Shown piece after piece: positions 19,286 to 28,041 of a DNA stretch of 64,000 bases. The first letter of the stretch is position 1; each line of letters begins with the position of its first letter. The DNA lies in assembly GCA_963850305.1 (NCBI GenBank), contig CAWKKR010000011.1, positions 262,641 to 326,640 on the forward strand, in the 5' to 3' direction. The notes below the pieces were generated by a model, which had not been told where the DNA came from, made no database searches, and saw only the letters and a program-made list of their open reading frames with translations. A program made the position numbers and the translations under genes. Source of the DNA: an uncultured delta proteobacterium. GTDB lineage: Bacteria > Myxococcota_A > Polyangia > Polyangiales > Polyangiaceae.

Positions 19286-19699
19286 TCAGAGCCCGTAGCG
19301 GCTGCGCACGACGGCTTCGGCGTCGGCGCAGCGGCGCGCGAGCTCGGCGGAGCGATGCAGCTTCGCCTCGGTCTCGGCAAGGAGGGCGGCGGCGCGGGGC
19401 GCAGGCGCGCGGGCGTCCGCGGTCGCTCGGCGCACGGCGCCGAGCTCGTCCTCGATCTCGACCAGGAGCGTGTAGGCGTCGGTGCACGTCTTCTTCAAGG
19501 CGCAGAGATCGCTCCCGGAGCACTCGAGGCCCTTCAGGGCCTCGAGGAAGGGGCGCTTGCCGTCGTGCGGCGCCCAGCGAAGCGCCTCCGTGGCGTGTGT
19601 CACTCGTCCGGCTTCGCCCCGGCGCGCTTCAGCCCGTTCCCCGTGACAAGCGACGCTCGACAAAACCGCAGCGACAAACAAAATCCCGGCTGGTCTCAT
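19286..19699 (-). CDS. small secreted/lipoprotein, hypothetical
   Basis: 137 aa. The signal is MRPAGILFVAAVLSSVAC, followed by a helical Cys-containing body with high GC3. Confidence 0.6.
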   Translation of the reverse strand: MRPAGILFVAAVLSSVACHGERAEARRGEAGRVTHATEALRWAPHDGKRPFLEALKGLECSGSDLCALKKTCTDAYTLLVEIEDELGAVRRATADARAPAPRAAALLAETEAKLHRSAELARRCADAEAVVRSRYGL

Positions 19700-19786
19700 T
19701 TTTCTCGAGAGCGGTGCGACGGGATGGGCTCCGGTGCCCCTCCCTTCGCAACGAGTTGCCGGCTTGCCGCTCGTGAAGACCGGTCT

Positions 19787-20323
19787 TCAGTCGGCCTGCT
19801 TGGGCACAGGGCCGAGCTGGATCCGCTCACCCACGTAGGAGCCGATCAACGTGAAGAGGACCCCGAGCGCGGACATGAGGACGTACATGAATGCGGGCAT
19901 CGCCTTCACGGTCTGGCTCTGGAACAGAAGAAACGCCGTCGGCATCGCGACCAGGAACGTTGCCACGACGGGCTCGATGAACGTGCGACCGGGCGAGATC
20001 AGGCCGACCAGCATGCCCGCGAGGAACCAGACCGGAATCGAGACGAGCATCCCGGCGGAGCCTTCGAAGTCGAACACCGGAAGCACCATCGGAAGGCCCA
20101 TGATGATCGCCGCGGTGAGCACGCCCACGATCACGACGGAAATGCCGAACCAGGTCGGACTGAAACCCTCTTGCTGGTATCGGCGCTCGAGCTCCTCCTG
20201 CCGCGACAGGACGCGCTTCAGGTCCTCGATTTTCGCGCCGCAGGACACGCAGCGGTTGTTCTGGAGTGGCAACCCGTTCTTGAAGCCACAAGACGGGCAG
20301 ACGACTTGCTTCGGCTGGACCAT
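19787..20323 (-). CDS. zinc-ribbon membrane protein, hypothetical
   Basis: An N-terminal CPSC...x14...CVSC zinc ribbon is followed by four hydrophobic helices. Confidence 0.7.
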   Translation of the reverse strand: MVQPKQVVCPSCGFKNGLPLQNNRCVSCGAKIEDLKRVLSRQEELERRYQQEGFSPTWFGISVVIVGVLTAAIIMGLPMVLPVFDFEGSAGMLVSIPVWFLAGMLVGLISPGRTFIEPVVATFLVAMPTAFLLFQSQTVKAMPAFMYVLMSALGVLFTLIGSYVGERIQLGPVPKQAD

Positions 20324-20428
20324 GGGTACGGTGCGAGCCTACCAAGCTTTCCGCCGATACCCCAATCCCTCGCCCGGGCCCGCCTTTATCCCGGGAACCC
20401 GGGGGGGCCGGCTAGTGTCTGAATCGAC

Positions 20429-21097
20429 GTGCCCCGGCCAGCGTCTCTCTCGCCCACGGACCCGGACCCCACGGGAAACATCGATCCCGAGCTGGATGCG
20501 CTGCCCACGCCGCGACGTCCCTGGCGCCGCGCGACCCTCGTCCTGATGGGGCTGACCGCGGTCGCCGCCACGATGGTCGGAGCGGGACTCCTGCCGCTCG
20601 CGCGTTACGCAATCGAAGCGGGGCCTCCCCGGGACGTCGGAGACCTCACGCATGTTCAGCTCGGCCGGAGCTCGGCGAACCGCTGGGTTCACGCGGTCGG
20701 GCCGCTCGCCGCCCGCGGAGTCGAGTACCAGCGCCCGCTCGATTCGGACCGCTACCGGCTGGTGCAATCCGCTGACAACCCGCGGGTGTGGGTCGAGCTG
20801 CGCATCCCGAAGGACATCGAGCCGGAATACTACGTGGCGCCCAATTCCTTCGTCGGGAGACTCGTCCCCCTCGAGAATGCCGGGCTTCGTTACGGCGCGG
20901 TCGCCGACGCCGCGGAGACGATCCTCGGACATGCGCTGCCGTCCGGAACCTGGGTCCTCATCGACGGCGAGTCGCCCGCGACGACGCGCTGGTCGGTGGC
21001 GTTCGTGGCGCTCTTCGCCGCGTTCGCGGCGTTCAACATCTGGGGAATCGGCCGGCTCCTGCTCCCGGTGAACGAGGGTAAGCTGCCGGCGCGATGA
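20429..21097 (+). CDS. membrane protein, hypothetical (N- and C-terminal TM helices)
   Basis: 222 aa with a GTG start. The stop overlaps the next gene's start (ATGA at 21094). GC3 is high. Confidence 0.65.
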   Translation: MPRPASLSPTDPDPTGNIDPELDALPTPRRPWRRATLVLMGLTAVAATMVGAGLLPLARYAIEAGPPRDVGDLTHVQLGRSSANRWVHAVGPLAARGVEYQRPLDSDRYRLVQSADNPRVWVELRIPKDIEPEYYVAPNSFVGRLVPLENAGLRYGAVADAAETILGHALPSGTWVLIDGESPATTRWSVAFVALFAAFAAFNIWGIGRLLLPVNEGKLPAR

Positions 21098-22242
21098 CTG
21101 CCGCGTCGGTCCCGAAGACACGCGTGGTGCACGCAGACGTCGTCGTGATCGGCGGCGGCGTGATGGGTTCCGCGTGCGCGTGGAAGCTCGCGCAGGCGGG
21201 TCGTCGCGTGGTCGTGCTCGAAAAGAGCGTCCCGGGAGCGGAAGCCTCGAGCGCGGCCGCCGGCATCCTCGGCGCGCTCGCGGAGGCGCACGGTCCTGGC
21301 GCCATGTCGGATCTCTTGCTCGCCTCTCGGCGTCGCTACGACGACTGGGCGCGGGAGCTCCGGCAGATTACCGGAATGGACGTCGAGTTCGTCGCCTCCG
21401 GTGTGCTGCGCGTCGGGCTGGATGCGCCCGCTGCGGCTCGCGCCGCAAATGACGTCGCGTGGATGGAGGGCACGGGCCGAACCGTGGAGCGCCTCGGCGC
21501 GGACGCGGTCCGGAGACTCGAGCCAGCGCTCGCGCCGACGGCGGGAGGCGTGCGATTTCCGGACGACGCGCGAGTGGACCCGAAGGCTCTGTTTCGCGCC
21601 GTTCACGTCGCGGCGCTCCGCGCTGGCGCACGGTTCGAAACCGGAGCGTACGTGCGACGCATTCTGGTGGAGGAAGAGACCGCGCGCGGCGTCGCGGTCG
21701 AGGGCGGCACCGAGTACCTGGCGCCAACGGTCGTGGTCGCGGCGGGTAGCTGGTCCACGATCGTCACGGGGACTCCCGTCGCGGAACACGCGGTGGTACC
21801 CGCGCGCGGACAGATCGTGGAGCTCGACATGCCGGCGCCGCCGTTCACGCACGTGGTCATGGGACCGAGGTGCTACCTCGTCCCGCGGAACGACGGGCGG
21901 GTGCTCGTGGGCTCGACGCTGGAGTTCGTCGGCTACCGCCGCGAAGTCACCGCGCGCGCCGTTCGCGATCTGCTCGACGCGGCGATCGAGCTCGCGCCGT
22001 CGCTCGGCGAGGCGGCGCTCCGGGCGAGCTGGTCCAACTTTCGTCCGTACACCGAGGACGAGCTTCCGCTCGTCGGCTCGTGCCGGGTTCGCGGCTTGCT
22101 GCTCGCGACGGGTCACTACAGAAACGGCATCTTGCTCGCGCCGATCACCGCCGAGATAATCCGGGCCCTCGCCCTCGGCGACGAGCCCCCCGTCGACGTG
22201 ACGCCGTTCGAAGCCTCGCGGCTTCCGGGGTCCGTGAGCTAG
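21094..22242 (+). CDS. thiO: FAD-dependent oxidoreductase, glycine oxidase ThiO-like (DAO family)
   Basis: The dinucleotide fold is DVVVIGGGVMGSACAWKLAQAG. The C-terminal segments RPYTEDELPLVG and ATGHYRNGILLAPITAE are typical of ThiO-type enzymes. Confidence 0.7.
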   Translation: MTAASVPKTRVVHADVVVIGGGVMGSACAWKLAQAGRRVVVLEKSVPGAEASSAAAGILGALAEAHGPGAMSDLLLASRRRYDDWARELRQITGMDVEFVASGVLRVGLDAPAAARAANDVAWMEGTGRTVERLGADAVRRLEPALAPTAGGVRFPDDARVDPKALFRAVHVAALRAGARFETGAYVRRILVEEETARGVAVEGGTEYLAPTVVVAAGSWSTIVTGTPVAEHAVVPARGQIVELDMPAPPFTHVVMGPRCYLVPRNDGRVLVGSTLEFVGYRREVTARAVRDLLDAAIELAPSLGEAALRASWSNFRPYTEDELPLVGSCRVRGLLLATGHYRNGILLAPITAEIIRALALGDEPPVDVTPFEASRLPGSVS

Positions 22243-22291
22243 ACTCGCGATTGTCGATTCCGCACGCCGGGGTTCCGGAATAAAGAGCGCC

Positions 22292-23332
22292 ATGGCCATC
22301 ACCTATCGAGCCGCCGGAGTGGACATCGACAAAGGCGATGCGCTCGTCGAAAGGATCAAGCCGATCGCGCGCGGCACGTACACGGACGCCGTGGTGGACG
22401 GCGTCGGCGGGTTCGCGGCTCTGACGGCGCTCCCCACCGACATCGACGATCCATTGCTCGTGAGCGGCACGGATGGGGTCGGCACGAAGCTCAAGGTGGC
22501 GTTCGCGACGGGGCGTCACGATACGATCGGTCAGGATCTCGTCGCCATGTGCGTGAACGACGTCGTCACCACGGGCGCGCGCCCGCTCTTTTTTCTCGAC
22601 TACTTCGCGTGCGGCAAGCTCGATGTGGACGTCGCGGAGCGCGTCGTTGCCGGCATCGCCCGGGGCTGCAAGCTCGCCGGCTGCGCGCTCCAGGGCGGCG
22701 AAACCGCGGAGCTCCCCGGGATGTACCCGGAGGGAGAGTACGATCTCGCCGGCTTCGCGGTTGGTGTGGTCAGCCGCCGACGTCTTCTCGGCAAGCAGCG
22801 GGTCTTGCCGGGAGACGCGCTCCTCGCCATCGCATCGAGCGGCCTGCACTCCAACGGGTATTCGCTCGCGCGACGCGTGCTCGAAAAGGAGATGGGGTTG
22901 CCCCTGCAAGCACGCGTGCCGGAGCTCGGGCGGACCGTGGCCGACGAACTGCTCGTCCCGACCAGGATCTACGCGAAAGCGGTCGGCGAGCTTTCCGCCG
23001 CCGTCGGCGAGCGGCTGCACGCGCTCTGTCACGTGACGGGCGGCGGCATCGTCGGAAATCTGCCCCGCGTGCTCCCCGAGGGCACGGTCGCGCGTGTCCG
23101 CCTGTCGCACGCGCGTCCCGCCATCTTCGGGCTCATCGCGAAGGGCGGGCCCGTGGACGAAACGGAGATGCTACGCACCTTCAACCTCGGAATCGGCATG
23201 GTCGCAGTGGTGGGCTCTGACGCGGTCGACGGCGCGCTCGGTGCGCTCCGCGCCGCGGGCGAGACCGCGTGGCGTCTCGGCGAAATCGGAGCCACGGCGG
23301 AACCGGAGCCGAGCGTGGAAGTCGTGGATTAG
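22292..23332 (+). CDS. purM: phosphoribosylformylglycinamidine cyclo-ligase (AIR synthetase) PurM
   Basis: The sequence contains MAITYRAAGVDIDKGDALVERIK, GGFAAL, SGTDGVGTKLK, GQDLVAMCVNDVV, GGETAELPG, SSGLHSNGYSL and TGGG. Confidence 0.95.
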   Translation: MAITYRAAGVDIDKGDALVERIKPIARGTYTDAVVDGVGGFAALTALPTDIDDPLLVSGTDGVGTKLKVAFATGRHDTIGQDLVAMCVNDVVTTGARPLFFLDYFACGKLDVDVAERVVAGIARGCKLAGCALQGGETAELPGMYPEGEYDLAGFAVGVVSRRRLLGKQRVLPGDALLAIASSGLHSNGYSLARRVLEKEMGLPLQARVPELGRTVADELLVPTRIYAKAVGELSAAVGERLHALCHVTGGGIVGNLPRVLPEGTVARVRLSHARPAIFGLIAKGGPVDETEMLRTFNLGIGMVAVVGSDAVDGALGALRAAGETAWRLGEIGATAEPEPSVEVVD

Positions 23333-23335
23333 CGC

Positions 23336-23968
23336 ATGGGCACGCTCTCGCTAGGCGTCCTCGTTTCCGGTTCGGGTACGAACCTCCAGGCGGTCCTCGA
23401 CGCGGTACGCGACGGCAGGCTCGACGCGACCGTTCGCGTGGTCGTATCGAACAAGCCCGAAGCACCCGCGCTGTCCAGGGCCGCCGCTGCGGGCGTTCCG
23501 ACGCGCACGATCTCGCATCGCGATTACGCGACGCGGGAAGCCTTCGACGGCGCGCTCGCCGCCACCCTACGCGAAGCGTCCGTCGGGTGGGTCGTGCTCG
23601 CCGGCTTCATGCGAGTGCTCACGCCCGTGATGCTCTCCGCGTTCCCCGACCGGATCGTCAACATCCATCCTGCACTGTTACCCGCGTTCCCGGGGGTCGA
23701 CGCGCAACGCCAGGCGCTCGAGTACGGAGTGAAGGTGAGCGGGTGCACGGTCCACCTCGTCGACGAAGGAACGGACACGGGACCGATCGTGTTGCAGCGT
23801 ACGGTCCCGGTCCTCGACGCCGACGACGCTCACTCGCTCGGGGCGCGGATCCTCGCGGAAGAGCACATCGCGCTCGTGGAGGCGCTCTCGGCGATCGCCG
23901 GCGGTCGTCTCGAAATCCTTGCCGGCGAAGGCAACGCGCGGCGCCGCGCGCGGATCCTGCCGCCATGA
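23336..23968 (+). CDS. purN: phosphoribosylglycinamide formyltransferase PurN
   Basis: The sequence contains LGVLVSGSGTNLQAVLDA, LAGFMRVL, NIHPALLPAFPG and GCTVHLVDEGTDTGPI. It starts 4 nt after purM. Confidence 0.95.
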   Translation: MGTLSLGVLVSGSGTNLQAVLDAVRDGRLDATVRVVVSNKPEAPALSRAAAAGVPTRTISHRDYATREAFDGALAATLREASVGWVVLAGFMRVLTPVMLSAFPDRIVNIHPALLPAFPGVDAQRQALEYGVKVSGCTVHLVDEGTDTGPIVLQRTVPVLDADDAHSLGARILAEEHIALVEALSAIAGGRLEILAGEGNARRRARILPP

Positions 23969-25519
23969 CGTCACGTCATTACGATGCCATCGTGCTCGGT
24001 CGATCGATCGGATCGCTCGCGGCGGCGGCGCTGCTCGCTCGCCGGGATTTTCGCGTGCTCCTGCTCGGCAACGGCGAGCGCCCGGCCTCGTATCGCTTCG
24101 AGGGCAGAACGCTACGTCGGCGCTCTTTCACATTTCTCGCCGCGAACTCGCCCGTCTGGCGGCGCCTGTTGCACGAACTCGCGCAGACTCAGACGTTCCG
24201 CAGACGGATGCGCTCGCTCGACCCGATGTTTTACGTCGCAGGCGACGGCTTCGGCATCGAAGTCCCGCCGAACCTCGAGCTCTTCGCGAGAGAGGTCGAA
24301 TCGCGAATTTCCCGAAGTACGGCAGGTGGTCGACGAGATGTACAACCAGTTCGCCAACGTGAACGCCGCCGCCGACGCCGCACTCGACCGCGACGTCGTG
24401 TGGCCGCCCGGAACCTTCTGGGAGCGGTTCGAGACGAGTCGGGTCGCCTCGGGATTGTCCGTCGGTTCGAGCGACGCGGAGGGATGGGTCGCCAAGTTTC
24501 CCGTCGGCCACCCGTACCGGGACGTCACCCTTCTCCCTGCTCTGTTCGCGAGCGATCTCGCGCAAGGCGCGGGCCCGCTCTCCGCGTTCGCTCTTGCCCG
24601 CCTGCACGGGTCCTGGACGCGCGGCGTGCACGCACTCGCCGGCGGAGCCGACGAGATGGAAGCGTTCCTGGTCGAACGCATCCTGGCGCACGGCGGAGAG
24701 TGCCGGCTCGATCAGCGCGTCACGTCGGTCGTCACACGGGGCCGGGTGGTCGCGGGCGTGATGGAAGACGGCCAGGAATCCGCGACCAGCGCGGACGCAC
24801 TGGTCACGGATTCCGAAGGAGAGACGCTGGCGGCTCTCTCCCACGGCGAGGGCATCTCGAAGAGCGCGGTGCGTGACTGGCCACGGGTCACGGCGACGGC
24901 GGGTCGCTTCATCGTGAGCTTGATCGTGCGGGCGCACGCGCTGCCCGAACCTCTGGCCGAAGAGTCGTTTCTCTTGCCGCGACAATCGGGACGCGCCGAT
25001 CCTCGGCGCCTGGTCGTGCATCTCGAGCGCTCTCCGACGCGCGACCCGGAACACCCAGATGAAGCGCTGCTCGTCGCGGAAGCGATCGTTCCGAAGCGAG
25101 GCGCGCTCACGTTGCTCGAAGCACGTGAAAGCGTGATGACGACGCTTTACGAGCATCTCCCGTTTCTCGAGGAGCACCTCGTCGTGGTCGACTCTCCTCA
25201 CGATGGTTTACCGCTGTACGATCATTCGTCCGGGACCCGGCGCGAGATCGATCGCATCCACGTCGTTGAATCGACTCCGTCGCCCGAACCGATGCAATGG
25301 CTCTGGTCCGTCGAACCTTCGGGCTATCTGGGCCTCGCCGGAGAGCCGGTCCGCGGCCCGATCGGAAATAGCTACCTGGTCGGGACCACGGTGCTGCCGG
25401 GGCTTGGACAGGAGGGGGAGCTCATGGCGGCATCGAGCGCTGCGCGGCTGGTGACGCGACGGGATCGCGTGCGAGAAAAATTACGTCGCGAGATGTGGAC
25501 GAAGCTCGAAACGGGTTGA
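23965..25519 (+). CDS. NAD(P)/FAD-dependent oxidoreductase (phytoene-desaturase-like), reading frame broken near 24298-24303
   Basis: ATG 23965 overlaps the purN stop (ATGA). Frame 1 reads MTSRHYDAIVLGRSIGSLAAAALLARRDFRVLLLGNG to ELFAREVE. The +1 frame continues REFPEVRQVVDEMYNQF to stop 25519. Deleting T in GTCGAATCGCGAA joins them. Confidence 0.75.
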
Positions 25520-25564
25520 GGCCGACCTCCCGAGTCTCGACAGAAGGGCCTGGAAGGAACATTC

Positions 25565-26131
25565 ATGCGAGTCATCGCTGGTCGCTATCGAGGTCGCCCG
25601 CTGCGCGCACCGCGCGGCTTGACGACACGCCCCACCCTCGATCGGGCACGGGAAGCGATCTTCATGATCCTCGGCGACCTGTCGGGGTGTCGAGCGATCG
25701 ATTTCTACGCGGGCACGGGCGCTCTCGGGATCGAGGCGCTGTCGCGCGGAGCCGTGCACGCGACGTTCGTGGAATCCGATCACGCCGCCGCGAAGACCAT
25801 CCGGGACAATCTCGAGCGTCTGGGAGCAACGGCGTCGGCATCCGTCCTGGAGGTTCAAGCAGAGAAAGCGCGCGCCCGCATCGAGCGCCTCGCGCCGTTC
25901 GATCTGGTGTTGTCGGATCCGCCGTGGCGCATCGCACAAGAGTCGGCGCTCTCGGTGGCACGCTTCACCCACGGGCTGGTCAATCCGTCGGGCCGAGTGC
26001 TCCTGGGTCACCCCGCGGCGAGCCCGGTGGAGGTGCCCGAGAGCAGTGGCTTGGTCCTCGTCGATCGCCGGAACTGGGGAGGCTCGGGCATGTCCTTCTT
26101 CGAAATATCCAACAAGTCCGATGATTTGTAG
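25565..26131 (+). CDS. rsmD: 16S rRNA (guanine966-N2)-methyltransferase RsmD
   Basis: The sequence contains MRVIAGRYRGRPLRAPRGLTTRPTLDRAREAIF, DFYAGTGALGIEALSRGA and LSDPPW. Confidence 0.85.
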   Translation: MRVIAGRYRGRPLRAPRGLTTRPTLDRAREAIFMILGDLSGCRAIDFYAGTGALGIEALSRGAVHATFVESDHAAAKTIRDNLERLGATASASVLEVQAEKARARIERLAPFDLVLSDPPWRIAQESALSVARFTHGLVNPSGRVLLGHPAASPVEVPESSGLVLVDRRNWGGSGMSFFEISNKSDDL

Positions 26132-26218
26132 AATCGGGTGGCCTAGGCTGGAAAAGCCTGTTCTCTTCTCGTAGTAGCGTCCCTCTTCGTCAATGACTCA
26201 GCGTATCTACAAGAGAAA

Positions 26219-26821
26219 ATGGGAATGACGCAGACCTCGATGCCGCCGCCCCCGCCAACGCACTCCGGTGGCCGAGCCTTCATCGGCGTGATCATCGTCA
26301 TGCTGCTCATGATGGGCGGGTTACTCTACTGGAAATTCGGCAAGAAAGACGCACCTCCGCCGCCGGCTCCGATTCCATCGCAGACGGCCGCGGCCCTGCC
26401 GACATTCGACGAAGCCCCACCACCACCGCCGCCGGCCGAGCCCGACGCGGGCAAAAAAGAGGCGCCGACGAAGAGGCACGTCGTGTCGTCCGGCGGGAAT
26501 GGCGGATGCAACGCGGTGTGCTCGGGCGACGCGCCTGCCGCACTTCGCGGCGCACTCAGCGGAGCGGCGGGAAGCGTGCGCGGCTGTTATGAACGCGCCT
26601 TGCGTCAAAACCAGATGCTGCAAGGCCGCCTCGTCGTGGCAGTGAAAATCGGTCCGCACGGCCAATCGTGCGGCGCCAGCATCTCGACCGACACCCTCGG
26701 CGACCCGTCCGTAGCAAGCTGCGTGCTCCAGAAGTTCCGCGGAGGATCGTTCCCTCCGCCGATTGGGGGTTGCGCTGACCTCCAGGTTCCGATTTCATTC
26801 ATGCCGAAGACGGGCAAATGA
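26219..26821 (+). CDS. membrane-anchored Pro-rich protein with AgmX/PglI-like C-terminal domain
   Basis: A single TM helix (FIGVIIVMLLMMGGLLYW) and a Pro-rich linker precede GCYERALRQNQMLQGRLVVAVKIGPHGQ...ASCVLQKFRGGSFPPPIGG...VPISF. Confidence 0.7.
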   Translation: MGMTQTSMPPPPPTHSGGRAFIGVIIVMLLMMGGLLYWKFGKKDAPPPPAPIPSQTAAALPTFDEAPPPPPPAEPDAGKKEAPTKRHVVSSGGNGGCNAVCSGDAPAALRGALSGAAGSVRGCYERALRQNQMLQGRLVVAVKIGPHGQSCGASISTDTLGDPSVASCVLQKFRGGSFPPPIGGCADLQVPISFMPKTGK

Positions 26822-27099
26822 CGATACGGAGAAACCCGGGTGCGCTTGTGCTGGCGTCGCTATGTGCGCTCGGGCTCTTCGCCTGCGGCGAGGACGGGAA
26901 GACGATTCCCGACGGCACCTGTCCCGAGTTGCCGCTCTTTCATTATGCGTGGGTCGATGCAGGCCGAGGCGAATGGGTCCGTCGCGACCCGAGCGGGAAG
27001 CCGCTCACGGCCGCCGAGGAGCATACGATCGACACGGCGCCGGCGACGTGCGTGACACACGCTGGCAACGCCGTGTCGCTCGAAGCCGGCGTCCATTGA
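26818..27099 (+). CDS. small lipoprotein, hypothetical
   Basis: Its start overlaps the upstream stop (ATGA). The signal is MTIRRNPGALVLASLCALGLFAC (lipobox LFAC). Confidence 0.6.
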   Translation: MTIRRNPGALVLASLCALGLFACGEDGKTIPDGTCPELPLFHYAWVDAGRGEWVRRDPSGKPLTAAEEHTIDTAPATCVTHAGNAVSLEAGVH

Positions 27100-27106
27100 A
27101 GCCGTC

Positions 27107-27910
27107 ATGGATCGAGAGGAACGCTTCGGCGTTCTCCTGACGGTCGCCTACGACGGCTCGCGCTTCGCCGGATTCGCGCGGCAACCGGAGGCGCGCACGA
27201 TCGCCGGCGAGCTCGACGGAGCCGTGCGCGCGATCGATGCGACCGCGTCGCTCGTGCGCGGAGCCAGTCGCACCGACAGCGGCGTGCATGCACTCACGCA
27301 ACGGGTGGCGTTCGACACGCGCATGGACATTCCATCTCGCGGCTGGGCGCTCGCATTGAAGCAGCACCTGAGCGACGAGATCTCCATCGTGCGCGCCGCG
27401 CGCGTCGACGCCGCCTACGATCCGCGCGGTCACGCGTTACGCAAAACCTATCGCTACGTCCTGCTTGCGTCCGCGGTCCACGATCCGTTCCTGCACGAAC
27501 GCGCCTGGCGCATCGGAGACAGGTTGAACCTCGAACTACTTCGCGAAGAGGCTGACGCGCTCGTCGGTCGGCATGATTTTCACGCGTTCCGCACTTCGGG
27601 CGACCGGCGGACGGACACGGTGCGCACGATCTTTCGCGTCGGCATCCGTGCCGGTGCTCCCGATCCACGCTGCGTGACTTTAGAGATGGAGGGAGACCGG
27701 TTTCTCCACAAAATGGTTCGCATTGCGACCGGCACACTGGTCGATGTCGCGCGCGGTCGATTGAAGCCAGGCGCGATCAAACGCGGTCTCACGACCCGCA
27801 ACCGCAATGTTCTCGGCATCACTGCCCCGCCCGATGGTCTGTATCTCGCATCGCTCGATCTGGACGACGAGGGTTGCGACAACTGGCCAGACCACTTGTC
27901 CGCTCGTTGA
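27107..27910 (+). CDS. truA: tRNA pseudouridine(38-40) synthase TruA
   Basis: The sequence contains VAYDGSRFAGFARQP, GASRTDSGVHALTQRVAFD, KTYRY, HDFHAFR and FLHKMVRI. Confidence 0.9.
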   Translation: MDREERFGVLLTVAYDGSRFAGFARQPEARTIAGELDGAVRAIDATASLVRGASRTDSGVHALTQRVAFDTRMDIPSRGWALALKQHLSDEISIVRAARVDAAYDPRGHALRKTYRYVLLASAVHDPFLHERAWRIGDRLNLELLREEADALVGRHDFHAFRTSGDRRTDTVRTIFRVGIRAGAPDPRCVTLEMEGDRFLHKMVRIATGTLVDVARGRLKPGAIKRGLTTRNRNVLGITAPPDGLYLASLDLDDEGCDNWPDHLSAR

Positions 27911-27989
27911 CTTGGACCAGTTTTTTTGCGATAGCGTAGCGGGCGCGCGGACCGACTTCGACGAACGAACGGCCTCGCGCTGGTTGAAC

Positions 27990-28015
27990 CAGACGCCTTC
28001 GCAGCGAAGCGTCTG
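27990..28015 (+). promoter_or_regulatory. strong GC hairpin between truA and the SPT gene (terminator or leader structure)
   Basis: CAGACGCCTTCG-CAG-CGAAGCGTCTG forms an 11-bp stem with one bulge and a 3-nt loop. It lies 12 nt upstream of the AGGAG of the next gene. A T7 run (27921-27927) sits just after the truA stop. Confidence 0.35.
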
Positions 28016-28041
28016 AATACTGTCTCAGGAGCGACCAGATA

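Noticed and set aside
23269-23964. 5' part of ORF 23269..24876 as a long N-terminal domain of the oxidoreductase
   Set aside because: It overlaps the purM 3' end and all of purN in another frame and is Arg-rich. The Rossmann fold begins at ATG 23965.
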